The notes under the pieces: model-generated
Told to the model about the DNA's origin: nothing
The model's input: only the letters and a program-made list of their open reading frames with translations
Database searches by the model: none
Position numbers and translations under genes: made by a program
In this document: piece after piece, positions 51,891 to 64,000 of the stretch
Layout of the letters: each line of letters starts with the position of its first letter
How positions within the stretch are numbered: position 1 is the first letter of the stretch
Source: Camelus ferus
Lineage: Eukaryota
DNA length: 64,000 nucleotides
Direction: 5' to 3'
Assembly: GCF_009834535.1 (NCBI RefSeq)
Contig: NC_045696.1
Location: 38,318,001 to 38,382,000 of the forward strand

Positions 51891-54800
51891 TATATATTTT
51901 TATTTGACTTCAAATATTTCTCAGTTTTGAGCATTTTATTTTTAGTTTTTAGTTTCAAATATCCTGAAGAAAAAAGATGGTTTTAAGTGCATGTTTATAT
52001 AAAACTTACATGTAGCAGATAGTAAAGAGTTAAAGAGTAAAGAGAAAAAGTGGCAGCTGTTTGCTACAAGTTTATAGCTTTAGATCCTGACTGTTTTGTT
52101 GCAGCCAGGGGACATTTTGAAGTAAGCAGTTAGGCAGTAAGTCCTTGTGATATAATTGGATACTGAGCAAATTACAGCCTCAGAGTAAGCCCTTGTAACC
52201 TTTACACTACTAAATTCAATAAAACCGCAGAAGACAATGAAAAGAAAACATGACTCAGAAAAGAGAAAACAACTGAAAACTTGATGTATCAACCTGTTGT
52301 TTGAGAAATTCTGTAGATTTCAGTGGAAATGGCAGTAGTTAAAATAAGAACTACATCTGCTAATTATAATAATAATGAGGATGCTATTTATTACAAAATT
52401 ATACATTTGTCAGCTCTGAATTCTTGAAACTCTCTTCGAAATAATGAATTTAGGCATTCTCAAGTCTTTTTGCCTTTATTTTTAATAGCTTTCAGATACT
52501 ATCCACTTGGATCTCAAGTCTCAAAAGGTATGGGGAGATACTAATTAAAATATGTTCATACAAACAAGCTAATGTTAACAATGGGGATTTTGATAAGGTC
52601 TTTGAATCAATATCCAAAATATGGATTGTATTTCATAATATAAAATGAAAGTATTATTTCTGAGACTTTTATATCAAAATAGGTTGTTAAAGTAAGAAAC
52701 AAACAAAAGATAATAGATCTTGATTAAGGTGTACGAGCCATTTTCAATTTATCATGGCCTTTGCTCTTAAGGATAGAAAAGCTTATTAAGAATTCTTCAT
52801 GTTATGGGAACTTGAACTCCTTAGAATGTTTTCTATATTATTATTTCAACGCTTTCTCTGATCAGTCCCAATTGATTTTAACATAGCTAAAACCTTCCAA
52901 GGATTCTCATTCTCCCTGGAGATGATTCCTGAAATAAAATGATTTAATGCTTTGGCCATGTCAAAGCCTTCAGAGATAATTTATTTTATAATCAGTACCA
53001 TCAGAGAAGTGATGCAGTTGTTTACGGTGGAGTGGGGAAATTAAATTAAACATTGGCTCTCTGAGTCTTATCTGTATTTTATGTATGCCCATGGATTCAA
53101 AATTCTATATATTATTGGTAAATATATTATACTTATCATGTTTAGAATTCAGTGCTGACACTTTTGAAAAGGAATATCACAGCAAAAGATCTGTTTATGC
53201 AAGAATTCTATTAGCCTTTATTCAGATTACTTTCTCATTTTCTTTTCCTCCTCCTTTTAATTACTTCTTGTTTCTATTCTTGCTTGTTTATAAAAGCTTG
53301 AAATGAATTAGCATACTGTCTTTAGTTTCTTTTCTCTGTGCCAAGAATTCTTAGGCAAACGCATCCAAATGGATGCTCCCACCACTACTGGGCTTACCTT
53401 CTGATTAGTCCTATGCATTCCTACAGTATTAGGTTCATACCTCTCCTAGATCATTTATCCCATACTTTTGTATTATAATTGTAATGTGGCCATTAACTCC
53501 TTGAAATCAGAAACCTCTCTGGTTCTTACCAATCCTTGTCCCTGTGATTTGCCTGGGGTTGCAAACGGAACTGAGACTGTTGAGTCTATTGGATATTGCT
53601 CCAGAAAGCCCTGGATGCTTCTTTGTAATGGTGTGGTGTGAATTCTATCACTTGGGAGAATTTTGCCCTCTTTGTAACCCAGATAAAAACCTCCTAGTAG
53701 AGGATGTCTTTTCCTATGACTGCCTGTTCCCAAACCTGCACAGTTTTTATCCGACTCTCCATGTCCCAGAACTTTCTGTTGGCCTGGAGCACCAGTGCTA
53801 GGTGTTTGCTTCCCCACAGATCCAGCCTTGGCTCCAGCCATTAGAGAACTCCCCTGCTTTCAAAGCAGGCAAGATTACTTGGCAGGAGGGACTGGACTTT
53901 TTGAACTGCAGACGAGGCTCTGAGTAAAAAGCGTACACTTGTCTACATCCAAATATGAGCAGTAAGATCAGATGTACTATCCTGTGTACAATCAGATCAA
54001 ACTGAAATCTTGACAACCACCTCACCACTCACATTCTATATAGCAAGCAGTCTAGGGCCTGGTGTGATGACTTGGCCTAGCAGTGTAGCTCCCTGCCAGC
54101 TTGATCTCAGCAGGTGAGCCCTCAGAGTAGATAGTAGGTAGGAAAAAAGGTAGCTGTAAAAGCAGAGTGGCAAAGTAAAGCAGCTCCCTGCCTCAGCCAC
54201 TGACTCACATAAATACTGCTTTGATCTTGTATTTCATCCTTTTTTTGTTTAATCTTGTAACTTTTTTTTTTTTTAAGATAAAGTAGGCTGGACTTTTCTT
54301 CTTTGTTTTTGAAATTCCTAAATATGTGGAATTTACCCAAGAGTCTTACCCTCTGGAAATCATGAGCCAAAGGCAAAATAGCTCAGGTCTCTGATGTATG
54401 TTAGGACCAGAGGCAGGAGTAATAGCTCAGCAGCAGCTCCACAGACAGACCAACTCTCTCTTGGCAGGGACAGCCAGTCCACTTTGTATACCCAAACCAG
54501 AGCTGCCTGCTCCACCCTTTTTGGAACTATGTTTAGCCATATATCCCAGAAAGATACCCTGATCCTCTGAGTGGAAATAAATAGACACTTGTAAAATGTA
54601 AGTGGGTCACTCTAGGTCTCAGGAACCCTGGAAGACCTTTCCAATAATAGAGGCATTTTCTGTGCTTATGCTTTTCAACAAATACTAAGAGAGCACTAAT
54701 TGATTCTGTACTAAACTGCAGGGGCCACAGCATAATGCCCCTTTTCAAGGCAGACTTGCCAGCTGGATCACTTCATGTCCACCTTCACACCTTTAGTTAT

Positions 54801-55459
54801 GACTTTTTAACTTATCCAGGCAGGATAAGAAACATCTAAAATTAAGCAAGTATAAAATCTAATATCTTTATTTTAAGGTTCATTTAGATGTTTCCCAGTC
54901 TTTTTAATATCCTGGAACATGAAGAAAATATATCTGTTCAGCACCGTTGGGTCAATATGCCTGTTTGCTGCTAGAAGTGATTGACCCAAGGACTGTCCCA
55001 GGCCCTGCCAAAAGCCCTGATGGTTGGAGGTGTCAGTATCCACATTGGTTGGAAATCCCTGGTCCACATATGGTACTCAGTTCCTTAGCATGGCATTTAT
55101 GCTTTTTCAGACTGTTGCCCCACATAACCTCTTCCTACTTTTCCAAGGCTTCCCACCCTCCAGCCATAGATTCTCTATACATCCAGTATAGTTTTAAGCT
55201 CCATATATTGCAGGTGCTGTTTTCTACACGTGGAATACCTACCCAGTCTTTCTTCAGCTGCAAAGTTCTACTTATCCTTTAGGATTCAGCCAAATATTCA
55301 TAACCTGTCTTTTGCAGAAAGATTTAGTTATTCTTTTGTCTCTGTTTCATTAGCATTTCATTCATATAACAATCTTAAATTGTTTCACATTAAATGTAAT
55401 TATTTATTTATTAATCAACCACTCTGAGCAAGAAAATGGAATTAACTTTCAATTAATCA

Positions 55460-55630
55460 GCTTTATATGCTAAGTACGATGCATTGTGCTTTTACATACA
55501 TGATTGAATTTAAACCTCTAAATTCTGTAAGGTTGGTTGTTGTAAACCATTTTTATGAGGAAACAGATATTTTAGCATCATTCTATAGTTTTCCTAAGGT
55601 GAAATATCTGGTAAGTGTAAGTGATAGATA
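55460..55630 (-). mobile_element. MIR SINE fragment
   Basis: GCTTTTACATACATGATTGAATTTAAACCTC...ATGAGGAAACAGA...TTCCTAAGGT. Confidence 0.6.
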
Positions 55631-58609
55631 ATGGATTTCTTTGGATGGTCTCAGACTTCACTGGCAGTCTTTCTAACACAGTTCTTTAAATCCCAACCTA
55701 ACATGAAGATGCCTATTAAAATGCTTAACGAATAAAAGAAGGGAAGAATAAAGGGATGAAGGGAGGGAGGAATGGAGGAAAGAAGGAAAAAAGAGATAAG
55801 TAAACCAAAGAAACTACAAACTACCAAACAATTTCTCTGGGATTGTTTGTGACACATGGGCTTAATCAGCTTTTGACTTTCAAATAATTGTTGGGCTATA
55901 CCTTAGGGTTTAGGGGTATTGTAAATATAATGGAAAAATGAACTAAATCCCAAAACATTTTATGGCCCCATTTTTTTCTAAAAATCAAAGTGAATATATT
56001 ATAGGAAATACCACAAAGTTTGTCTAACAAAAAATAATTAGTAAGTCTTTAGAAATTATTAAGAAAATAGCTTTTATCACTTATAGAAGAACCCTTTATT
56101 ATAAACTTATAGAAGAATCCTTTTTGTGAAGAATTGTGTTCAGTTTCAATATCTTGAAGTTTAAATATGTAATTATGGATATATTTCAATATCTAACATT
56201 GTATGAATGGCATTTAATGTATTCCATAGCTAAGTTTGGATGAAAATATTTTCATAAATTATGCCATTTTTAATTTATTGTGATAACTAAAGTGATATCT
56301 ACAACATCATGTAGTAAATGTAGCTTAAAAAATGCAGATTCTCTTTATCAAATATGCCATTTTAAAGCAAATATCTGATACCTATATTTCATACCCTTGT
56401 AGAATTAAATCAAGATTGTTTCCCTGGCAGATGGCTACATGCAAGCTAATTACAGCATGATTAAGAAAAGCTGGAATGTCACAAAATGATAAATTACCAT
56501 AAATAGGATAGAGCAAAAATCAGAGTCAACATTTATCTGACATAGTCTTTTTATGAGGGGTGTGAAACACTGATCTGCTTTATTTATTTCATTTTTCTTT
56601 GCCTTTTTTGATTTTCCTTCTCAATAAAAAGAAGTCAAAATAATATTACCAAAAGTGTCACAAAAAAATACAGATAAGTCATTTGAAATTCTAAAATCCT
56701 CAGTTTCAGTGTTTTCTAATTAAAAAACAATACACAAACTTTTTAGAAATGTTCTGAATAGAGAAGAGTAAGAAAACAATTATCCATAGTCCTATTACAC
56801 AAAGACAGTATGCTTTGTCCATGTGTTTTTTGAATAGTTGTAATGGTAACATGGCCATATGTTTGTCAGCAGTATTTGATCACTTTCTTGAAACAAGATG
56901 GGTAGAAATGTAGATATGTGGGTACTTTCTGTCTACCAACAAGAAGCATTTAGGAATTATAATTGAAAGGAAGATTCCATTTATAAAAATCATAAAAAAC
57001 TGTAAGGATCCTAGGAAAAGATAAAACAAACCCTGCAAAGATTTTAGAAAATAAATACACAAGCTTCCTGAAGATCAAAAAATAAAACTTAAGTAGATAA
57101 ATATACTATATTCATTGATGAGAACCTTCAATACTCAGAATACATAAATGTATATCACGAATGTTGACAAACTAAAATATAATTTGTCTAAATGAGTAAT
57201 TCAGTTCAAAATATTTAGAGTTTGTCTTGCTCAATCTTGTTTAAGAAATTCATATGTACCCTACCACTATAAATACTCTATGTATTCTTTTAAGTGTTTT
57301 GACATATTTGATTTTCTTTTTAAGTTTCTATCAACCTGGATTTGAATTTCTATGTGGTATGATAAGATATATACAGATTTCTTAAATAAGACCCATCAAG
57401 CCAAACCGTCAAGAAAAATAATGGGTGTACTGATTTAATCAATATGTAAGTTCTCTAAGAATATAAGAAACTATTAAGAAGTGAAAATATTATCCATAAT
57501 CTGATTGAAGGGATTTGTAGCTTATATCATATGAGAGAGAAAACTTTGTACTACAGATAGTGAAACTTTGTACAGATTATTTAAAAAATTAGATCTGCAG
57601 TGCAGTGTGCTTGAACCCAACTAATATTTTTAAATGATAAGATGGATTATCAAATCACTGATTTGCATAACTTAAGTTGGAAGGGAAGAAACAATGATCA
57701 TTAGAAATATAAGTTCACTAAAAATAAGGCTTATCAGGGTAACTTAATTTTCCTTCTGAAGGAGTTGCTGGAGAAATGCTGTAATCAATGTCAGTTTCAG
57801 CAAGACACTGGCAGTCATTTGCAATAGCCTTATAGAAATGAAGAAAAATAATCAAGCTCCAGGACTGTTGAAAAGTGGATCATTGTCTACTTCAATGTAA
57901 TTCTTTAATGTCTGTTACACAGCTCTACTTATAGAAATATCATGTTTTAGCTTAATCAATACAGTTGATAAAGATATAAAATGTGTTTTGTTAAAATCAA
58001 AAAGAATGCAAATATGGAACATATAAATAATTCAATAAAACAAACATAATGACTGCCTAAAAATGAGGATTTACTTTGACACTCTGGATAATGGATTTAT
58101 AAATTACAGGAAAGCTTAGACAAGCAGATTTAGTTCTGCTATGGCCAAATCTGTTGAAAGGAAAAAATTATTTTGGCTGGGAGAATAAAACACTAAGAAT
58201 GTAATAACTGAGTAGTGACTTGATGGAAAGATAGGGTTTCATAAAGAGAGACTGGAGTGAGAGCTGTTGCAGGTGGAGAAAACTGCATGTGTGCGAAGGC
58301 ATAGAGAAAATTTGTGAGACATATGCACAAATGGCTTGAGTATCACTTCTAGGGGTCAAATTAGAGGAATCTTGATTGCCACATTGTGTGGTTGTGACTT
58401 TATTTGTTAAACAGTGGTATTGAAGTTAATTGAATTTGAAGGTTATTCTTCCAGCAGAATGTAGGATGTATTAGATTAGTGGGAGACATCGTGAGGAAGA
58501 CAGTTCCAGTAAAATGCAGTTCTGAGCTGTGACATCAGTGATGGATGGGATTGATGGGAGAAAAACTGTAAAGGTCAAGTCATTAGACCTCTAATACTTG
58601 CACACAAGG

Positions 58610-59270
58610 CATTTTTCATTTGAGAAATATTTATTCTTTGGCAGGTACTGAAGATAAAACTGTGAACAAAATCAGGCAAAAATCCCTGCTCTCAAAGAGC
58701 TTATTCCTAGTGGAGAGAGACAGCTAATAAACAAACAAACAAAAAAAAAAACACAAATAAGGCATAATAAGTTAGGAAATGAATGTTATAGAGAGACACA
58801 AAGCAATGAAGAGGGAATAGGAAGTGTGGTGGGGACAGAAGACTGTGCGTTTTTTTATAAGGTGATCATTAAGGGCCTCACCTATGTAGGTGATGTTTGA
58901 GTGAAGACATGAAAGTGGTGAGGGAAGCAGCTCTAGGAGTATCTTGGGGATGATTTTTCCTGGTGGAAGGAATGGCAAAAATAAATGCCCTGAGGTAGAA
59001 GTATGTCCTTCTGCCTCAAAGGGACATCAGGGCCACTGGGACTGGGAGGTTAGGGAGGAACTGGAGAGCTACCTCCTGTCTAAGGCCAGTATAAGGGCTT
59101 TGGTTTTTACTCAGTGGGAGACGGGAGCCATGGGACAGCTTTGAGCAAAGAAATGTTGTGATTTGACTTGTATGTTAACAGAATCACTGTGACTACTGTG
59201 TTGAAAATAGATTGAAGGGTAATAAATTGGAAGCAAGGAGACCAGTTAGGAAGTTACTAGAATAAGTACC
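58610..59270 (-). mobile_element. L2 (L2a-like) 3' fragment
   Basis: AAATATTTATT...GTGAACAAAATCAGGCAAAAATCCCTGCTCTCAAAGAGCTTATTCCTAGTGG...GGAAGCAAGGAGACCAGTTAGGAAG. Confidence 0.8.
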
Positions 59271-60999
59271 TGGAAGCAGAGAATCGTTATCCCAGCAATT
59301 TAAGTTGGAGAAAATGTGACTGTTAATGGGTGAATCCAACAGAGCAATTAGGAATACCAGATTTGTGATAAAGATAGTAACGCTGATATTGGGTCAGGTC
59401 GAATTTTAAGTCCAGGTAGTGCTTTGAAGAGGATTTATTAATCTAGATTTATAAGTCATCTGTGCCCAGAGCTTATTAGCCGGTATAGAAATTATGTGGA
59501 AAATGTGCCTAGTGAAAAAATTACTGAAATTTCAAAGGAATTAAAAGAGAAGCATTAAAGGTAAGTAAGGGCAACTCTCTCTAAGTCATTTGAAAACTGT
59601 CAGAAGACAAATCAGATATTTTCTTCTGCTAATCCCTCTCTTCTTAACAAATGATCTAGGACATTGGACTAGCTCAGGTTTAAGTCACAGCATCACTAAG
59701 AGGTTTAAATGAAAATCCTCTATGAAAGTGTTAAATCCAAGTGAGACCAGAAAGAGAGAGACTCACATTTGAAAGCAAGTATCATATCGAAAAGGTTCTG
59801 ATTAGCCAGAAGATTTGAAGCAAAAGGTGAGAAGCAGACATGCTGTAAGTAACTCATCTATCAATGAGTAGATAGTAGCTCAGTAACCTTTATTTGCTCT
59901 TGAGCTACCTGTGACTGGGGCTAGGATGTGTGTCAGAAGGCTAAAAGGTATAGCCAGTAGTAAGCCTGAGGAGAGGATAAAAGCCCAAGTGGATGGATTG
60001 TTATAAAATTTTAGTTGCATACTAGGAAGGAAAATATGTTTCCCCAGAAATGGTGTGTGTTGCTTTAAGAAGCATTAAAAGTTACCATTAAACCAAAAAT
60101 GAGGGCCCCACATCAGACATCTTTTTTTAAGTGGAAATTCAGGCAGCAGTAAGGAAATAGTGTTAGTGATCTTTATATCAGTCCCCAATTCTAAAACTAT
60201 GAGACTGACACATCATTTTGAGCACAGAGATTGCCTGTGATAGCTTCTGCTTTTTATTATTATGCTTGTATTTATTTGTCTATTTATAACTTTTCAAAGC
60301 CTTTGACAGGAGAAACTCAAAGATTACTGTTCATTTGTTGGGTCCTACCCATGCAGAGAACTTTTACCATAAAGGCATCAGCATTCTATATTTCAGCCTG
60401 ACTTTTTAGGAATAAAGTAGACTTTAAAATGTGATCCTCAGCATAATCTTGGAATTCACTCAATAAACTTATGTACTAATATAGAACTTGAATTTACTTA
60501 GCCCTGGTGTGAAGAGTCCTTTTGAATGAGGGCTTCTATTGATTGAAAATATAGATCTTGTCAGAAAGAGTAAGTTTATCCAGGAAACATGTCCTGTGCT
60601 ACTGTTTCAGATAGCCCTGTCAGGACCCTCAGAGAATTGTGGAAATTGAGAATGGCAATCCCCTACTGGAGGCAATCTGTGAAACAATTAATAAGCTATG
60701 TATCACTCATTCGTTTATCACTAAATAGCCTGAATAATTTTATTTCTGCTGACAACATAACAGCCACTGGGACATGTAGAGTTTGAAAAGTGTCACCAGA
60801 GAGCTGCCTTTTTTCTCTCATAAACTGAACGTAGAAATACTTCTTAAATCTTCTCTTTAAAGTGCTGTAGTATGTATGTGGATGTGTGGCCAGGCCCACC
60901 GAGAGTTGCTTTTTTGTAGAAGAGGTACTTGTACGTAATAATTATAATTCAAGGCACTGTATGCTTTGTGTCAGCTGAGTGACATACAAGCTATAGTAG

Positions 61000-61160
61000 G
61001 TCTGATATGCGTGTCACCTACATCAGAAAAACCTAGAATACTTTTTAAAAATAAAGATTCCTTGGCCCCCTAACCTAAAGCCATAAGACCAAAAACTCTG
61101 GGGTAAAACTTAGGAATTTGTATTTTTAAAGCTTATTGGATATTAAATGTGGCACCCCAG
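61000..61160. mobile_element. hAT MER5-like fragment
   Basis: CATCAGAAAAACCTAGAA...TTTAAAAATAAAGATTCCTTGGCCCC...AACTCTGGGG...AGGAATTTGTATTTTTAAAGC. Confidence 0.6.
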
Positions 61161-61534
61161 AGTTATTTGTAAATGCTGCAATAAGTTCCCTGGAGGAAGA
61201 TCACTTTCAGTTAGTCTCAATCCAGTCAAGCTCACTAATCCAGTTAAAGGTTCTCAGGCCTGGCTTCCCAATACAGTTAGTTGGAAAGTTTTACTGATTC
61301 TTAGCTTTCACTCCCCAGAGATTCTGATATTATTTGAGATTGCAATCTGACTAAGGGTATACATAGCCAACACAGCAGATGATATATTCCAAAAGTTAGA
61401 GTCTGTTTATAAGGCCGTTCATGATATCATGTATCTTATACTCTATCCAGTAGCCATAGTGAATTACCTGCAGACCTCAAAATGATGATGATCGAAGTAA
61501 TATTGGTGGTCACTGTTTATTTTGTTATTATTAT

Positions 61535-61720
61535 ATTCCAAGTATCAATCTGTTTAATCCTCATGAAAACCATATGAGGTAAAATATTGTTATTATTCCC
61601 GTTTTCCAGATAAGAAAAAAAAGTGACTTGCCTTAGGCCACACAGCTGGTCAGTGGCAAAACTGTGTGTTGAACCCAAGCAGTCTGGCTCCAGAGTGCAT
61701 AACCTTAACACTATGTTAAC
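61535..61720 (-). mobile_element. MIR SINE
   Basis: TTTAATCCTCATGAAAACCATATGAGGTA...GTGACTTGCCTTAGGCCACACAGCTGG...GAACCCAAGCAGTCTGGCTCCAGAG. Confidence 0.85.
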
Positions 61721-62774
61721 CACACATGTGTTATACTCTCCCCACATCTCTCTTACTTCTTTGAACTATGTCATGTGTATTTACACTGCCTTGAAATATC
61801 TTATTCCAACCTCTTATAAATTTTCCCCTCTTTCAGTTCACAGCTCACATGTCACCTCCTGCAGGATATTTTCCGTACCTCTCTACCTTGGGAACTGAAA
61901 TTCCTATTTTAGAAATTGTCAGTCTGTATATATATACACACATATATATATATATATATTTTTTTTTTTGGTCTGTCCACATTATTATGTGAACTCCTTG
62001 AGGGAAAAGACTGTGGTATATGCATTTTTGTAGTTGCCTTAATAATGTCTGTAGTATAATAAATATTCAGTACTTGTTGACTATGTGAATGATTAAGTGG
62101 AGGAATGCATCACTGAATGTATATGGGAAAGCAAAAGTGTATTTTGATCTCATAAGTAAATTAAGTTAATCAAATTGATTGAAAGGCAAAGCCAAAAATG
62201 TGTCAGGAGCTATTATAAAGCTACTTGAATTTCTGACTGTGGAGTTTGGATTTCATTTGATGATAGTGGGGGGATTACTGAAAGATTTTAAATAAGGAAG
62301 TCACATGATACATATGGTTTACACCCAGAAGAAAATTTAAACCCAGGAGGACCACTTGGGAAATCCTGTAAACAATTGTTAACATCTCAGATCACCCTGG
62401 ATATAATTTTATCCCTATTTAAGGAGTTCTACCTCTATCTACAAAAGGCACACTGTGACTTATGGTGAGGGATGGAGTGAGGAAAATGTGAGGAATGAAG
62501 GAGTGGTGCTAAGCCCATATCCAGGAAGTGTGATAAGGCCATAAAGTGTAAAAACAGTTGCAATAGTCAGAAAGGTAGGGCACATGCTGCAAGAGAAATA
62601 AGAGTAATTCAGAACAGAAGCCAGGAAAACTGTCCATGGAAAAGGTGTACTTTTAGCTGATGCTGGGTGAATGGTAAGGGGGAGAGCCTGGAGATTTAAA
62701 AAACCCAGAATTACCAGTAACGACAAAAGGAGTATTTTCTGAAGATGAACCTAGCAGCAGTGTAGAGGATAGTC

Positions 62775-63045
62775 TAAAGGTTGGCAACCTGGAGAGCTAA
62801 GAATGATTTTTACATTTTTAAATGGTTGAAAAAAATGTTTGAAGAACATTTAATGACATGTGAAAATTACACAAAATTCAGATTTAAATGACCGTAAATA
62901 CGATTATATTGGGATACAACCATGATCATTCATTCGAGTATTGTTTATGGCTCTTGTGATTGCACTACAGTGGCACAGATGAAAGTTGCAGCAGAGGCAC
63001 AAATGGCCCATAAAGCATAAAATATTATCTGGCCTTTTGGTTTTA
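62775..63045. mobile_element. hAT-Charlie element (MER58B-like)
   Basis: GAGCTAAGAATGATTTTTACATTTTTAAATGGTTGAAAAAAA...GACATGTGAAAATTAC...TGGCCCATAAAGCATAAAATATTATCTGGCCTTTT. Confidence 0.8.
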
Positions 63046-64000
63046 TAAGACTGGAAAAGTTAGAAGCATAGATCAATTAGAGGCCTTACTTAGGGTAGGA
63101 GCCTTACACAGGGTATTGCAATAGCCTATGAATAAAATAATAAAGATTTTATCATTCAGCCTTTTTAAGTTGAATTTGTTGAAAGCAATGTCATCTCAGG
63201 GCTTAAATGGCAAGGAGTGTAGGGCACAAGAAAAGAATTAATGGTGGAGTGCTACAGTAAGGGCAGGGGTTCTATATAGAGTAGATCTGTGGGTGAGTCT
63301 GGCCTGGAGAAGGACTAGGAGGCCAGATTTGAACAGAGCTGTGGGACCAGGAAGTAATACATGCTTTGCAATGGGTGCATGTGCTAGTACTAAGGCAGAA
63401 CCAATGAGTGAGCCAGAACTGAACTTCAAGGGAAGGACAGGAAATTAGTTTCTTGACCAGAGTAGGCACCTAATAAATGATTACTAAAGGGACTAAACTA
63501 GAACTGATAGGGCAGTGAAGCAATGTTGAGACCATGGAGAGTAAGCAACCAAGAACCCAGGAAGGTTGTGCAAGAGTGGGCACGTTCCAAGGAGCCTGGG
63601 TTCAGGGTACGAGTGGCAGTCAGTCTTAATACTGAGCTACTATTTCCTATGCAACTTGTATTTGCAAGACACTCAATGCACTTTTGCATGTTATTTAGAC
63701 CCCTTACATTACACCTGGCAATGTAGGTCTGGCAGACACTATGCCTTCCATTTTACATTTATCATAATGGAGAATCATGAGTCTCCATGTAACTAACAAA
63801 GTTTGGCCCCTCATTTTCATGGGTCCCTTCCCAGGCCCAGGTGACTTTATCTTAAAGGAAACCTCAAATTATGTAATTTCAAGACTGATAAAACTTTGAT
63901 CTGCCTTTGTGTTTCACCTAACCTAGATGAAATTGGTTGGGGCTGGAACTTCCAATTGTGTTCTTTCTACTGCTTTCCCACTGGCTGCCTTTGTATCTTT

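Noticed and set aside
1..64000. Other EPHA6 exons, tRNA/rRNA/snRNA genes, CpG island, prokaryotic-type systems
   Set aside because: No further Eph-like peptide in the ORF track, no recognisable structured RNA gene, and CpGs are scarce. Short exons below the ORF cut-off cannot be fully excluded by eye.

Overview
AT-rich mammalian intronic DNA with one protein-coding exon. The exon is a 664-bp internal exon (16931-17594, +) encoding most of an Eph-receptor ligand-binding domain plus the start of the cysteine-rich region. I recognise it as EPHA6, corresponding to exon 3 by analogy with Eph gene structure. The rest is the flanking parts of two very long introns, filled with transposable elements. 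There are four comparatively young 5'-truncated L1 insertions, two of them 5'-inverted (twin-primed). Their 3' UTRs resemble camelid (alpaca/camel) L1 families as I recall them, so the species is an inference. There are also ancient L1M, L2, MIR, MaLR/ERV LTR and hAT (MER58/MER5) relics, microsatellites and two perfect tandem duplications. I see no convincing novel multi-gene system. The best leads concern RNA processing of the exon: oppositely oriented L1 3' ends bracket it (possible back-splicing or A-to-I editing), and a short intron read-through/poly(A) route could give a secreted ectodomain fragment. There is also a palindromic kappaB site in a possible intronic enhancer. Repeat family names and old-repeat boundaries come from pattern recognition, not a database search, and are approximate.
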